A stretch of 64,000 nt of DNA from Nitrospirota bacterium (GTDB lineage Bacteria > Nitrospirota > Nitrospiria > SBBL01 > JAADHI01), in the NCBI GenBank assembly GCA_029261195.1, contig JAJDBU010000028.1, forward strand, positions 2,650-66,649. The letters are read 5' to 3'. The notes below the pieces were generated by a model. It worked only from the letters and a program-made list of their open reading frames with translations, did no database searches and was not told where the DNA came from. A program made the translations under genes and the position numbers. Shown piece by piece: positions 1 to 9,215 of the stretch (within the stretch, counting starts at the first letter, position 1; every line of letters begins with the position of its first letter).

Positions 1-1611
1 ATAAACGACTTCTTCGCCAGGTTCACTGATGATGTCTTGAGTTTGCGCTATCTTGCCTTCGTTAATTACTTCAAATAACCACTGTTTAAGTTGGTCATAG
101 TCAGTCACGCCAAACGGTGGCACTTCCAATTCCTCCGTGAGTTCCAATAATTTGTGATTGGTTGCCTCAATAAATTGAATTGCTGAAAATGTTTTTCCAC
201 CGAGCTGGTCAAGACACACATCCAGCCAGTGCGCGATCAGTGCCTTGCGCCCTTCTCTGCTAGTGATGATTTTAAGATCGTCCGGGTCAGGCAGCTCTAT
301 TTTCGGTAACATAGCTTCCGTTGAGATTATTGGAGTGCTTTGTTCCTTTTGATGTTTTTCATCTTCCTCAAAGTCTTCTTGGTCTGACAGAATAGGCACA
401 CGCGACAAATCCAGCTCACCCTTAAAGGCCTTCTGACTCAATGCACCGTAGAGGGTTTCAAGTCCGGTGAGGCTCTGCTGATAGCGGGTTTTGATACCAT
501 CCACCCGAAGATGGATAGACGAAAATTCGTTCTGAAGTTCAATTGGTGGGCGCCGGATTTTCGTTTGTTTAATGATAGTGAGATTCAATCCATCCATAAT
601 TGCGCCCCGATTCTTACGTTTGAACTGGTCAATGAGGTATGGGCTAGAGTGAACCGAATAGGATAGGAATAGCGGGTTGGCCACTTTCCGGTTCAAGGTA
701 ATGGCGGCCAAGTGTTTCGTGTTGATAGCAACAGGAATATCATCAGGTATCACAGCTGAGCGGCCAACTGTGCCCATAATCGTGATAATCACGTCTTTGG
801 GAAAGATTCGATAGTTTTCCAGTTCTTTGTATTTTTCGTTCGTAATGTATCGTCGTTCATCCCATACAAATCGATTCTTAACTGCATTGTCTATCCCAAG
901 AACAGCGACATCTCCATTCTTCACGAACTCGCTGTGCAACAAATTTGAGCCAAAAGGTCCGGTTCTCATTGCACCTTTGTTTTTAGCCGCAAGATCTTTT
1001 ATTTCTACCAGGGACCATTTTTCAAAACCCGAGGCTGTTGGACCAAACATCTCCAGAAAGATGCTTTTGAGCAGGTCATCCAGTTGTTGCAGGTTTTGTT
1101 TGCGCTGGGCAATCAGTCTTTCCACTTTGTTAAGTAAATAGGCAATGCGGATTTGATCGTCGGGCGGCGGCAGAGGGATCTTTATTTTTTCAACGTCTTT
1201 GGGATAGAGGTGTATTCCTTTAACGCGAGCCTTTAACATTATTCTACATGCTGGTGACTTCAGAAAGTGATTTACATATAGGTGGTTGGCATCTTTAGGC
1301 CTTACAATCAACCATTCGCCCGTGGCTATTACACCATCTAACTCATCTGTGATAAACGCATTTTTACTGCCAACGTAGTCACTATTATGAGCTGCATTGA
1401 GAATGACTGTGTCACCTGTGTGTAACTGCTTTTTTGAATGTTTATTGTAAAATTCTTGCTCTACATAAGACTCAAAATGACCACGAAACTTTCCATTTCC
1501 ATCAATATCGCGTATTTTTAGTATCGGCAAACCTGTTGAGCGTTGCTCTGACTTCGACGGAGTTTTCCCATTAAAGACTTCGCCGAATGTATGGATTGCT
1601 CGGAACTTCAT
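1..1611 (-). CDS. hsdS: Type I restriction-modification specificity subunit HsdS; 3' end runs off the left edge (at least 537 codons open)
   Basis: Own reverse-strand translation from ATG 1611-1609, which forms an ATGA overlap with the hsdM stop: MKFRAIHTFGEVFNGKTPSK... Two target-recognition halves are separated by HsdS-type conserved helices (PLPPPDDQIRIAYLLNKVERLIAQRKQNLQQLDDLLKSIF and PPIELQNEFSSIHLRVDGIKTRYQQSLTGLETLYGALSQKAFKGELD). I checked the frame triplet by triplet from 480 down to position 1 and found no stop. It is absent from the ORF track because it is open-ended. Confidence 0.85.
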   Translation of the reverse strand, partial: MKFRAIHTFGEVFNGKTPSKSEQRSTGLPILKIRDIDGNGKFRGHFESYVEQEFYNKHSKKQLHTGDTVILNAAHNSDYVGSKNAFITDELDGVIATGEWLIVRPKDANHLYVNHFLKSPACRIMLKARVKGIHLYPKDVEKIKIPLPPPDDQIRIAYLLNKVERLIAQRKQNLQQLDDLLKSIFLEMFGPTASGFEKWSLVEIKDLAAKNKGAMRTGPFGSNLLHSEFVKNGDVAVLGIDNAVKNRFVWDERRYITNEKYKELENYRIFPKDVIITIMGTVGRSAVIPDDIPVAINTKHLAAITLNRKVANPLFLSYSVHSSPYLIDQFKRKNRGAIMDGLNLTIIKQTKIRRPPIELQNEFSSIHLRVDGIKTRYQQSLTGLETLYGALSQKAFKGELDLSRVPILSDQEDFEEDEKHQKEQSTPIISTEAMLPKIELPDPDDLKIITSREGRKALIAHWLDVCLDQLGGKTFSAIQFIEATNHKLLELTEELEVPPFGVTDYDQLKQWLFEVINEGKIAQTQDIISEPGEEVVY

Positions 1612-3308
1612 CCAATCATCCCCCGCAACTCCAGCAGCTCCCGTACAATTCCACTCTTCACCTTAGTCAGGTCCTTGTCTCTAGTCTCACCGACCTCTGA
1701 CTTGATCAACGATTTCAGAATGTCCGCAGGTTTGTCATATTTTACCTCTTCCAACACGTCCACCTTGTAACGACTAAACGACAGGTTATAGCCCTCGGTT
1801 TTGATTTCTGAGCGAGGCACTGTAAAACATTTCTGCTTGCGGTCGGTATCGGTTTCGGAATTACGGGCGTGGTACTTGGTGATAATACCTTGGAGGTCGC
1901 CGTAGCTTTCCTGCTTGTTGCGTTTGTCGTCCAGGGAATAGCCATCGGCAACCATTTCATAGAACCAAACATTTTCGGTTGCAGGTTTCGTTACTTTGTC
2001 CTTTGGACCCCACACCTTGGTGAAGAGCAGAATAGCGGTGCTGACCCCGGCATAGGGTTTGAAAACACCACTAGGCATGGTAATGACAGCTTTGAGGTCG
2101 CAGCGTTCCATCAGCGTTTTGCGTAAACCTTTGAATGCCTTACCACTGCCAAACAACACCCCTTGAGGTACAATAACGCAGGCGGTTCCGCCCTTTTTTA
2201 GCAAGCGGTAGATATTCTCGACAAACAGTAGTTCAGTCTTAGTGGTAGTGAGTTGGAGGTTTTCATTGATGTCGCCCTTATCGATGCTGCCGGTAAACGG
2301 TGGGTTGGCCATGACGATGTCATATTCGCTCTCTTCGGTGAAGCTTTTACTGAGCGTATCTTTGTAGTCAATTGTTGGTTCGTCGATGCCGTGCATCATC
2401 AGGTTCATCAAACCCAGGCGCACCATGGTGCTGTCGATGTCGTAACCGTAAAGAGACTGGTTCAAAATAGCCTGTGATTTTTCGGTTAGACCCGCCGACA
2501 CAGAGGTACGCACAAAACCATCTTCATCCTGTTTCAGGCTTTTTGCCCCAGCCTTGAGCGCCAGTTGGGTGACAATGTATTGATAGGCGCCAAGTAAAAA
2601 ACCACCGGAACCACAGGCCGGATCAGCGATTCGATGGCCCAGTTGTGGCTGCACCAGATCAGACATCAGCTTAATGATATGGCGCGGGGTACGGAACTGA
2701 CCATTTTTTCCTGCGGTGGCGATTTCTGAGAGTAGCATTTCATAGACATCACCCTGAATATCCTGAAAAGCCTGGCCTTTTTCCTTCGAGTCTGTCTCCA
2801 TGATGTCGAAAATTTCGTCGATGGTTTTCACTGCCTCAACCAGCAACGCCGGTTTAGGAATAATGAAGACAGCATTTTTCATATGATGACTAAAGTTGGA
2901 TTCCGCACCGTTCATATCCCGGAGGAAAGGGAAAACCTTAGTCTGTACATGTTGAAGCATCTCTTCGGCTTGCATGTGTTTGAACTCGCTCCAGCGCAGG
3001 GTGCTTTTTTCAATTTCATACATTTTGCCGCCAGCAAGTTTTTTGTCAGATTCTTCTTGCGTGTCGCCGTCTCTTAATTTTGGGCGATATTCCGGTGGTA
3101 TCCATGTCCCTTCAAATTTGGAGGTATATTTTTCATTTGTCCATTCGGCATCGCCCTGTTTCTTCTGGTCCAGTTCATCCAGCCGTTTCATGAACAACAG
3201 GTAGGTGATCTGTTCGATGGCCGTCAGCGGATTGGAGATGCCGCCGCTCCAGAATTTGTTCCAGAGCTGGTCGATCTTGCTTTTGAGTTCGGGGTTGTTT
3301 TGCAGCAT
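1608..3308 (-). CDS. hsdM: Type I R-M DNA methyltransferase subunit HsdM (N6-adenine)
   Basis: 566-aa ORF. AdoMet-binding motif I DPACGSGGFLL. Catalytic motif IV NPPF (IVMANPPFTGS). HsdM-type N-terminus (KIDQLWNKFWSGGISNPLTAIEQITYLLFMKRLDE). Located between hsdR and hsdS. Confidence 0.95.
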   Translation of the reverse strand: MLQNNPELKSKIDQLWNKFWSGGISNPLTAIEQITYLLFMKRLDELDQKKQGDAEWTNEKYTSKFEGTWIPPEYRPKLRDGDTQEESDKKLAGGKMYEIEKSTLRWSEFKHMQAEEMLQHVQTKVFPFLRDMNGAESNFSHHMKNAVFIIPKPALLVEAVKTIDEIFDIMETDSKEKGQAFQDIQGDVYEMLLSEIATAGKNGQFRTPRHIIKLMSDLVQPQLGHRIADPACGSGGFLLGAYQYIVTQLALKAGAKSLKQDEDGFVRTSVSAGLTEKSQAILNQSLYGYDIDSTMVRLGLMNLMMHGIDEPTIDYKDTLSKSFTEESEYDIVMANPPFTGSIDKGDINENLQLTTTKTELLFVENIYRLLKKGGTACVIVPQGVLFGSGKAFKGLRKTLMERCDLKAVITMPSGVFKPYAGVSTAILLFTKVWGPKDKVTKPATENVWFYEMVADGYSLDDKRNKQESYGDLQGIITKYHARNSETDTDRKQKCFTVPRSEIKTEGYNLSFSRYKVDVLEEVKYDKPADILKSLIKSEVGETRDKDLTKVKSGIVRELLELRGMIG

Positions 3309-3349
3309 GGCTTAATTTCCTTTGGTTTTGATTGCTCACTGATAACTAC

Positions 3350-6148
3350 TTACGCTGCCAGACTTTCGGTGAGCTGTAATATTTCGTTAATCTCTATCGG
3401 ACTAAAAACGCCTCGAATTCCCTGCGGATGGATCACCGTAAACGGCGCGTTGATCAGGTCTTTCTTTTCAACCTTTTCTCGTTCAACGATGAAGTTCTTT
3501 AAAAGATTGAGAAACTCCAGTTGTCGACTGTTGAGATTGCTGTGTTGCTGGATGAATTGCTCAAAAGCCTCACTGACTGTTTCCGGAAAGCTTTTGAGCA
3601 TCTCAATGCCGAGGATGTGGCGGATAAACTGGATAAAATGTGCCTTACGGTTTTTGTAGACCTGGCGCAATAAATCCTCGGTGATGTGCGGGTGCTCAGC
3701 GTGCAGAAATTCTGCCAGATTACTAGCCTCGGCCGTACTGATCACTTCACCGATTTTGATCTTCAGTAGAATAGGATTGTGCTCGGTCAACTCGGCAATC
3801 AGAGACTCGACCATTTCTCGATAACGGCTGATACTCACTGCCTCATGTTGCGGACCAAATTCGACCCAGTCTTTGAAATGCAGGGTATCCGTTAGGTCGA
3901 GATGAGTCGGGCCTGGGCCAGCGTCCTGTTCACGAAACTTCATCAGGGGTCCAAGTTTGACTGTGAGTTCATCCAGATCATCTTCATTGACCTTGCCCCA
4001 ATAGTGGTTGGTCTGAGCAGCGCGGATGAGTGGTCCCTCTGATTTTACAAAGTTAATGTTGAGCGGCAGCTCGCTGATTTGTTCTACGATCCCTTCCTTA
4101 AGCGTTTCGGCCCTTTCCTTCTCTTCTCTCAGTTTAGCCAGTGAATGCTCCAGCAAATCGCGTTCGAAACGCATGGCCTTGAAATCTGCCTCGGAAACCG
4201 TACGGAACAGCGGCTTGACCTCGGCACGGAGGAATTCCAGTTTCTGGTGATTAAGGGTGATCCAGAAGTTTTCTTCTTCCAGGCGATGCAGCGCGGTCGC
4301 AGCCTCTTTGATCACAACAGAGCTTTGTGGTAGTTCGGCAATCTGTTTGCGCAGTTTGATGATCTCGCATTCAGCAATATCCTGATGGTGGCTATCTATG
4401 GCTTTTTCGATCTTATCGAGGCGTAGACCAACCAGACGTACAGGTAAAGGCAATTGTGTTTTTAGTTCTTTTCCCTTGGGCTGGAGCTTGAAGTATTCAA
4501 AGTTGTCCCAGCAATCCAAAATCAGAAACATGTCTTTTTCGGTACACCAGGGCTTGGGTTTACTGGTTTCCAATAGGCGGGTCCCACGTCCGATCATCTG
4601 CCAGAATTTGGTATAGGAGTAGACCGGCTTGGCAAAGACGAGATTGACAATCTCGCGTATGTCGATACCGGTATCAAGCATGTCCACACTGATCGCGACA
4701 CGAGGCATGTCGTTATTGGTGAATTGATCAAGCAGTCCTCCCTTGCCATAGACGCGCGGGTCATCGGACACGAGCACCTTGACTAATTCGCCTTTGTATT
4801 GCGGATAGAGTTTGTCAAAGATCTCTTCCATTCTTCGGGCATGGGCTTTGGTAGAACAGAAGAAGATGGTCTTGCCGGGCAGCACGCCATTGGTGTCCTT
4901 GATACATTCCTCCATGAACTCCTTGACGATGAGGGTATTGGTGCCCTTGTTAATGACCTGCTTTTCTAACTGTGAACCTTCGAAGTTAATCTCTTCGACT
5001 TCCTTGCCTTCCAACAACAGTTTTTTCTGGTCTTCCAGCGAGATGGTCCGTTTGCAGATGCCTTCAATCTGAAACTTGGTCTGAATTTTCATGACCTGGA
5101 AACTGCTGAGGTAGGGCGGCATGTTGTTGACAGCCTCCTCAAATGTGTAGGCGAATGTCGGCAACCCATCCTCACAGTGAAAGAGCCGGAAAGTGTTGTG
5201 ATCAATGATGTTGGTCGGTGTTGCTGTTAATCCCAATGTCATGGTTTTGAAATAGTCGAGAACCTCACTGTAGGTGTTGTAAATGGAGCGGTGACTCTCA
5301 TCTATTACAATGAAATCGAAAAAGTGTGGCGATAGGAGCTGTGACTCATCTCGAATAATGTTGAGCATGGTGGGATAGGTCGAGATATAGATTCGTCGAT
5401 CCTTGGCAATTAGTTTTTCTCCGACATTAGGCCAACGTGGTTCATTGGGCAGATGTTCTTTAAAGGCTCCCAGCGCCTGTTCTCTGAGTGCAATACGGTC
5501 GACTAGGAACAATACCTTTTCTGCATGACTGGATCGCATTAAGGCATCTACCATAGCGATGCAGGTACGGGTTTTGCCAGTCCCTGTTGCCATCACTAGC
5601 AAGAAGTCACGCTTCTTTTGTTCAATACCTTCCAGTACTGCACGGATAGCGCGGATTTGGTAGTCACGGCCCGCGATTGATGTGTTGATCAGTTCCTGGG
5701 TTAATGGTTTGCGGTTGCGGCGTATGTATTGGAAACGTTCGAGGTCGTCTCGTGTTGGAAAACCCACCACTTTGCGCGGCGGGTAGTTGTCCAGATCCCA
5801 AAAGTAGGTTTCAAGGCCATTGGTATAAAAGCAGAATGGAAGCTCACCGCTCTGCTCTTTTCGAATGTTGTAGCAGTATTGCTTGGCTTGCTCGCGGCCC
5901 AGGGCTGCATCTTTACTGGTTTTTTTTGCTTCAACCACAGCCAAAGGTTTGCCATCTTTACCCAAAAGGACATAATCACTGAACTGATGTCCCTCGTATT
6001 GAGTGCGGGCCTCTTGTACTCCCTCAGGGAGCTCTACTTGAATATCAAATTCTTTGATTACCCGTGTAAGATCATTAATATCCCATCCGGCTGTTTTTAA
6101 TTGCTTGTCGATGAGTTCTTTTCTTGTTTGGGCTTCCGTGAGTGTCAT
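3350..6148 (-). CDS. hsdR: Type I restriction enzyme R subunit HsdR (helicase-nuclease)
   Basis: 932-aa ORF. N-terminal type I nuclease region (ELIDKQLKTAGWDI ... DYVLLGKDGKPLAVVEAKK). SF2 helicase Walker A MATGTGKTRT and DExH-type box VIDESHR. Long helical C-terminal tail resembling EcoEI-type HsdR. Ends 41 nt upstream of hsdM. Confidence 0.93.
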   Translation of the reverse strand: MTLTEAQTRKELIDKQLKTAGWDINDLTRVIKEFDIQVELPEGVQEARTQYEGHQFSDYVLLGKDGKPLAVVEAKKTSKDAALGREQAKQYCYNIRKEQSGELPFCFYTNGLETYFWDLDNYPPRKVVGFPTRDDLERFQYIRRNRKPLTQELINTSIAGRDYQIRAIRAVLEGIEQKKRDFLLVMATGTGKTRTCIAMVDALMRSSHAEKVLFLVDRIALREQALGAFKEHLPNEPRWPNVGEKLIAKDRRIYISTYPTMLNIIRDESQLLSPHFFDFIVIDESHRSIYNTYSEVLDYFKTMTLGLTATPTNIIDHNTFRLFHCEDGLPTFAYTFEEAVNNMPPYLSSFQVMKIQTKFQIEGICKRTISLEDQKKLLLEGKEVEEINFEGSQLEKQVINKGTNTLIVKEFMEECIKDTNGVLPGKTIFFCSTKAHARRMEEIFDKLYPQYKGELVKVLVSDDPRVYGKGGLLDQFTNNDMPRVAISVDMLDTGIDIREIVNLVFAKPVYSYTKFWQMIGRGTRLLETSKPKPWCTEKDMFLILDCWDNFEYFKLQPKGKELKTQLPLPVRLVGLRLDKIEKAIDSHHQDIAECEIIKLRKQIAELPQSSVVIKEAATALHRLEEENFWITLNHQKLEFLRAEVKPLFRTVSEADFKAMRFERDLLEHSLAKLREEKERAETLKEGIVEQISELPLNINFVKSEGPLIRAAQTNHYWGKVNEDDLDELTVKLGPLMKFREQDAGPGPTHLDLTDTLHFKDWVEFGPQHEAVSISRYREMVESLIAELTEHNPILLKIKIGEVISTAEASNLAEFLHAEHPHITEDLLRQVYKNRKAHFIQFIRHILGIEMLKSFPETVSEAFEQFIQQHSNLNSRQLEFLNLLKNFIVEREKVEKKDLINAPFTVIHPQGIRGVFSPIEINEILQLTESLAA

Positions 6149-6551
6149 GCTGTTTTCTACAGCCTTTTTAATCTATTGAAAACGAGAAAACGACCCAGTG
6201 CTCGAAGTAATTCGGGAATGACCTTGTGGAGTTCATGCATGCTATTGACGAAGGAGCCGCAGCCTTCCATTTTTCCGCAGAAAAGTGTAGTGAGTCTAAA
6301 GTTGCCAAATTTCGCTATATTTCAACTTAATACGATTCGACAAAACCCCCAGTTTTATTCCTGTTTATTTACGGTTTTGGAGTTCGAAATTTCGGCTGAG
6401 TGTACTGTTCCGGGGACTGAATATCAACAAACCATGTGAAGGGATCACTATTCGCACAGATGTTTTTTATATCGATGCGATGGAAGCACCCACCCTTAGA
6501 CAGCCGTCACGTCATAACGTGATTCGGGCTCAAGATGTTTAATGATTTTTA

Positions 6552-7655
6552 TTAAAAATCAACTCCCGCCCTACGCAGTCCTTTGAAAATTTCCTCACTA
6601 ATTTTGTTGGCATTTGCTTTCATGCTTTTTTGAGGCGTCGCCAAGTCTCGGATGATGTCCCCCTGCCGCTGACACCCGACTTCGCCATAACTTGTAAAGG
6701 TTGTCAAAACTTTCTCATGCCCGAGGTTTTGACTCCATGCCTTAAAATCTTCCGGGGTCTGGCATATCTTCTCTCCAAGTTGGACAAGCGTATTTCGAAA
6801 GCTATGCGGATTGAAATACGAGAAGCCAGCATTTATAAACGCTTCGCGAAATATCTTGCGAATAGCAGAAGCATTACTCCAGTGCTTCTTTTCCAAGCCG
6901 GCCACTTCAAATTGCTGAGAATCACCCAGAATAATCTTTGTCGCCGGAAATAGAGGATCATCATTGCCCCATAACTTTTCTTCCCGGAGATACAACACCC
7001 ACTCCGCAACAATTCCTAGAATTTCCTCGCCAACTGGAAAGAAAAATGTATCGAATGTTTTGCTGAATTTCGTCTTTACTTCCCGTGCATCCTGATTGAC
7101 ACAACCATCAATTAAATCGACATGCTTTAACTTTATCGAAGCAATAGCACTGTCCCGAGCACCGGTCAGAATGGTGAATGCCATCAGGGCACGGTTACGA
7201 CGCTCTATTTCTGAACTGGTTGCCATCGTCTCAATGACGTGTTTGATCTGTTCCATTGTCGGTACTTTTTGTTTCCGTTTTGCCGTAGCGATTCTGATGT
7301 CTTTTTCTGACAAGTTGAAATACTCAGCATCGCAATAATTAATTCTCGACTTGTAACCCGGTTGCTGAGACAGCCACTGGAAGAAGTGTTTGAGTTGCGT
7401 GAGGGTGCTATGCAAAGTCGCCTTGCTTAATTTCTTTCCGGACTGCTTGCCATTCTGATTCGAAAGATGATTCTTAAAAGCAACAGCCTGTTGAAAGTGA
7501 AAGGCCTTGAAATCCCGATATTTGCTGTAAACCTCGAAGCGATTTAGAGCCTTTGCAACCGCATCAACTGATGGCTCGCTGTGACGTTTGGCTTCCTTCA
7601 AAAAAGCGAAATAGCTATGCTTGATTCGTTCATTGTCTGGGTTGTGCTTTTTCAT
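6552..7655 (-). CDS. Tyrosine site-specific recombinase/integrase
   Basis: 367-aa ORF. Catalytic signature residues are recognisable: LTGARDSAI (Arg I), HSFRNTLVQL (H-x-x-R) and LGHEKVLTTFTSYG (His plus Tyr nucleophile). Confidence 0.85.
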   Translation of the reverse strand: MKKHNPDNERIKHSYFAFLKEAKRHSEPSVDAVAKALNRFEVYSKYRDFKAFHFQQAVAFKNHLSNQNGKQSGKKLSKATLHSTLTQLKHFFQWLSQQPGYKSRINYCDAEYFNLSEKDIRIATAKRKQKVPTMEQIKHVIETMATSSEIERRNRALMAFTILTGARDSAIASIKLKHVDLIDGCVNQDAREVKTKFSKTFDTFFFPVGEEILGIVAEWVLYLREEKLWGNDDPLFPATKIILGDSQQFEVAGLEKKHWSNASAIRKIFREAFINAGFSYFNPHSFRNTLVQLGEKICQTPEDFKAWSQNLGHEKVLTTFTSYGEVGCQRQGDIIRDLATPQKSMKANANKISEEIFKGLRRAGVDF

Positions 7656-7668
7656 GGTTTAATGTCCC

Positions 7669-8139
7669 CTATCTCAAGTCACTGTTTATGATGGGTCTGC
7701 TTCTATTGACTATGTGTCGCAGTGCTTGCGGAAAGGTGATGTCTATATTTTCACAAACCGACTCGATGCGGGCCAAACTAACGCGCTGGTTCATGATGGA
7801 TTCGCAGTCTGGGCAAAAGGCAACCAGGTTGCCAAACTTCTCGGTAACAGGTGAATAATCGGCCATGCCTTCCGCAGGGAGTTTCGGAGCGCGGCATTTA
7901 ACGCAAAAGAGTTCTCCTGGCTTGCAAGTCTGCTTGTTTTTTGTCCGGCGTTTTTTAATAAATTCCACAAGGTCATGGCCGGCAATCATCATGGGGCGCT
8001 TGTTGTCGATGGTGGCAAGTCCGTCCTTGAGCCAGCTACGCACGGTATTTTTGTGAACTCCGAATAACTTGGTGATTTCTTCTACCGTATAACTGCGGTG
8101 GATTTTAACGAGACGGTGATTATGGTGTCGTTTTCCCAT
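7669..8139 (-). CDS. HTH plus zinc-ribbon-like DNA-binding protein, recombinase-associated; function unknown
   Basis: 156-aa ORF. Helix-turn-helix YTVEEITKLFGVHKNTVRSWLKDGL, followed by a CxxC...CxxC pair (CVKCRAPK ... CPDCESI). Lies 13 nt upstream of the recombinase gene and 7 nt downstream of alpA, so it is probably co-transcribed with them. Confidence 0.6.
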   Translation of the reverse strand: MGKRHHNHRLVKIHRSYTVEEITKLFGVHKNTVRSWLKDGLATIDNKRPMMIAGHDLVEFIKKRRTKNKQTCKPGELFCVKCRAPKLPAEGMADYSPVTEKFGNLVAFCPDCESIMNQRVSLARIESVCENIDITFPQALRHIVNRSRPIINSDLR

Positions 8140-8146
8140 TGCCTAG

Positions 8147-8362
8147 TTAATTCCCGGCATTGTTGCGGTGTTTTAATTTCTCAACCAACCAATCTTCAAT
8201 TTCACTTTCCACCCATCCAACAGAACGAACTCCCAGGTTTAACGGTCTGGGGAATGTCCCTTCTTGAATGCGAAGATAGATAGTTGAACGGGAAAGCCCT
8301 GTCCTGACCTCGACCTGTTTACGTCGAAGGATCGTAAGTTTTTCTTGGTCTCTGTTTGCCAT
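8147..8362 (-). CDS. AlpA-family excisionase-like transcriptional regulator
   Basis: 71-aa ORF. Typical AlpA/Xis-type HTH: LRRKQVEVRTGLSRSTIYLRIQEGTFPRPLNLGVRSVGWVESEIEDWL. Confidence 0.8.
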   Translation of the reverse strand: MANRDQEKLTILRRKQVEVRTGLSRSTIYLRIQEGTFPRPLNLGVRSVGWVESEIEDWLVEKLKHRNNAGN

Positions 8363-8506
8363 AGTTGCACCTCATGAGTTGAATTTAGATGTTGTAGAAC
8401 CATGGCCATAAGATAGGGATGAAAAGTTAAATTAAACAGATGGGCGAATTACGAAAACTACTCCCTGCTAAAACAAAAACAGGGGGGAGGATATAAGCCA
8501 AACTAT

Positions 8507-8519
8507 GGGGGGGGGGGGG
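8507..8519. repeat. Homopolymeric G13 tract (C13 on the coding strand of the neighbouring genes)
   Basis: Counted directly in ...aactatGGGGGGGGGGGGGacaactac... It is intergenic, 145 nt upstream of the alpA start and 73 nt downstream of the 207-aa ORF stop. A second G6 run lies at 8482-8487. Confidence 0.95.
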
Positions 8520-8591
8520 ACAACTACTACTGTGATAAAAAAACTATAATATCAAGTAGTTAATGGGTTGGATGGTTCGTTATTTTTGGCG

Positions 8592-9215
8592 TCATCCAGG
8601 AGTTTTTGGCGCGCCACCTTTGGTGTCCCAATTAGAAATTTTTGCAATTTCTTCAATGCCTTGCTCATTTGGACTACCATCATCTTTAGTAAGCCCGAAT
8701 TGGTCAGCATTTTTTCGGAGCCATTTGAGTAAAGCCTGTTTTACAGTTTTTCCTTTGATTAAGACCGAGTTTGCATTGACTGCCTGCCATGCCCCAATAG
8801 CTGCACCTAGTTTAGCGGAATAGTTTTTATTGCCAGTATCAAGATAATGAGGACAATCATCCTTCTCGACTTCTGGGAAGAAAAAACCTGTTGTGAAACC
8901 TCTACTGGAAAGCCATTTTTTTAAGTCTTCGATTTTAATAGTTGATTTATTCCAATCAGGGTGCTCCCCATCGGCCATCATTTCTCCCAAGGCATTCATT
9001 CCAGTTATGTAGTGTAAAGTTGCAGGAAGCCGTTCGCCACAGATTGCATGGGATAAAGCAGAAAATGCGGCAGCGAAATTTTCTGGCCAATCGTGTTTTT
9101 CCCATGTCATTACATATGGAAATTCTTCAGGACTAAGATCAACAATTAAGAGCGCAGCCTGAACAACAGAAAATTCATCACTCAATCGCCAAAAATTCAT
9201 TTTATCCAGGGTCAT
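8592..9215 (-). CDS. Hypothetical island protein (207 aa), no recognised domain
   Basis: Long ORF. Its ATG overlaps (ATGA) the stop of the decayed integrase fragment upstream, which indicates native coupling to that integrase. The C-terminal motif ...ISNWDTKGGAPKTPG is one I recall only from uncharacterised island proteins. Confidence 0.6.
   Translation of the reverse strand: MTLDKMNFWRLSDEFSVVQAALLIVDLSPEEFPYVMTWEKHDWPENFAAAFSALSHAICGERLPATLHYITGMNALGEMMADGEHPDWNKSTIKIEDLKKWLSSRGFTTGFFFPEVEKDDCPHYLDTGNKNYSAKLGAAIGAWQAVNANSVLIKGKTVKQALLKWLRKNADQFGLTKDDGSPNEQGIEEIAKISNWDTKGGAPKTPG

Noticed and set aside
6101-6439. 112-aa plus-strand ORF in the hsdR-recombinase intergenic region. The region also contains a tRNA-like string, gagttcgaaat, near 6379.
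   Set aside because: The ORF starts inside hsdR on the opposite strand, has no RBS and has an odd composition. I could not build acceptor or anticodon stems around the T-loop-like string.
8480-8560. The idea that the G13/C13 tract sits between the -35 and -10 hexamers of the alpA promoter.
   Set aside because: I tried several registers on the minus strand and found no pair of acceptable hexamers at 16-18 nt spacing that spans the tract. I retained it only as a hypothesis in the findings.
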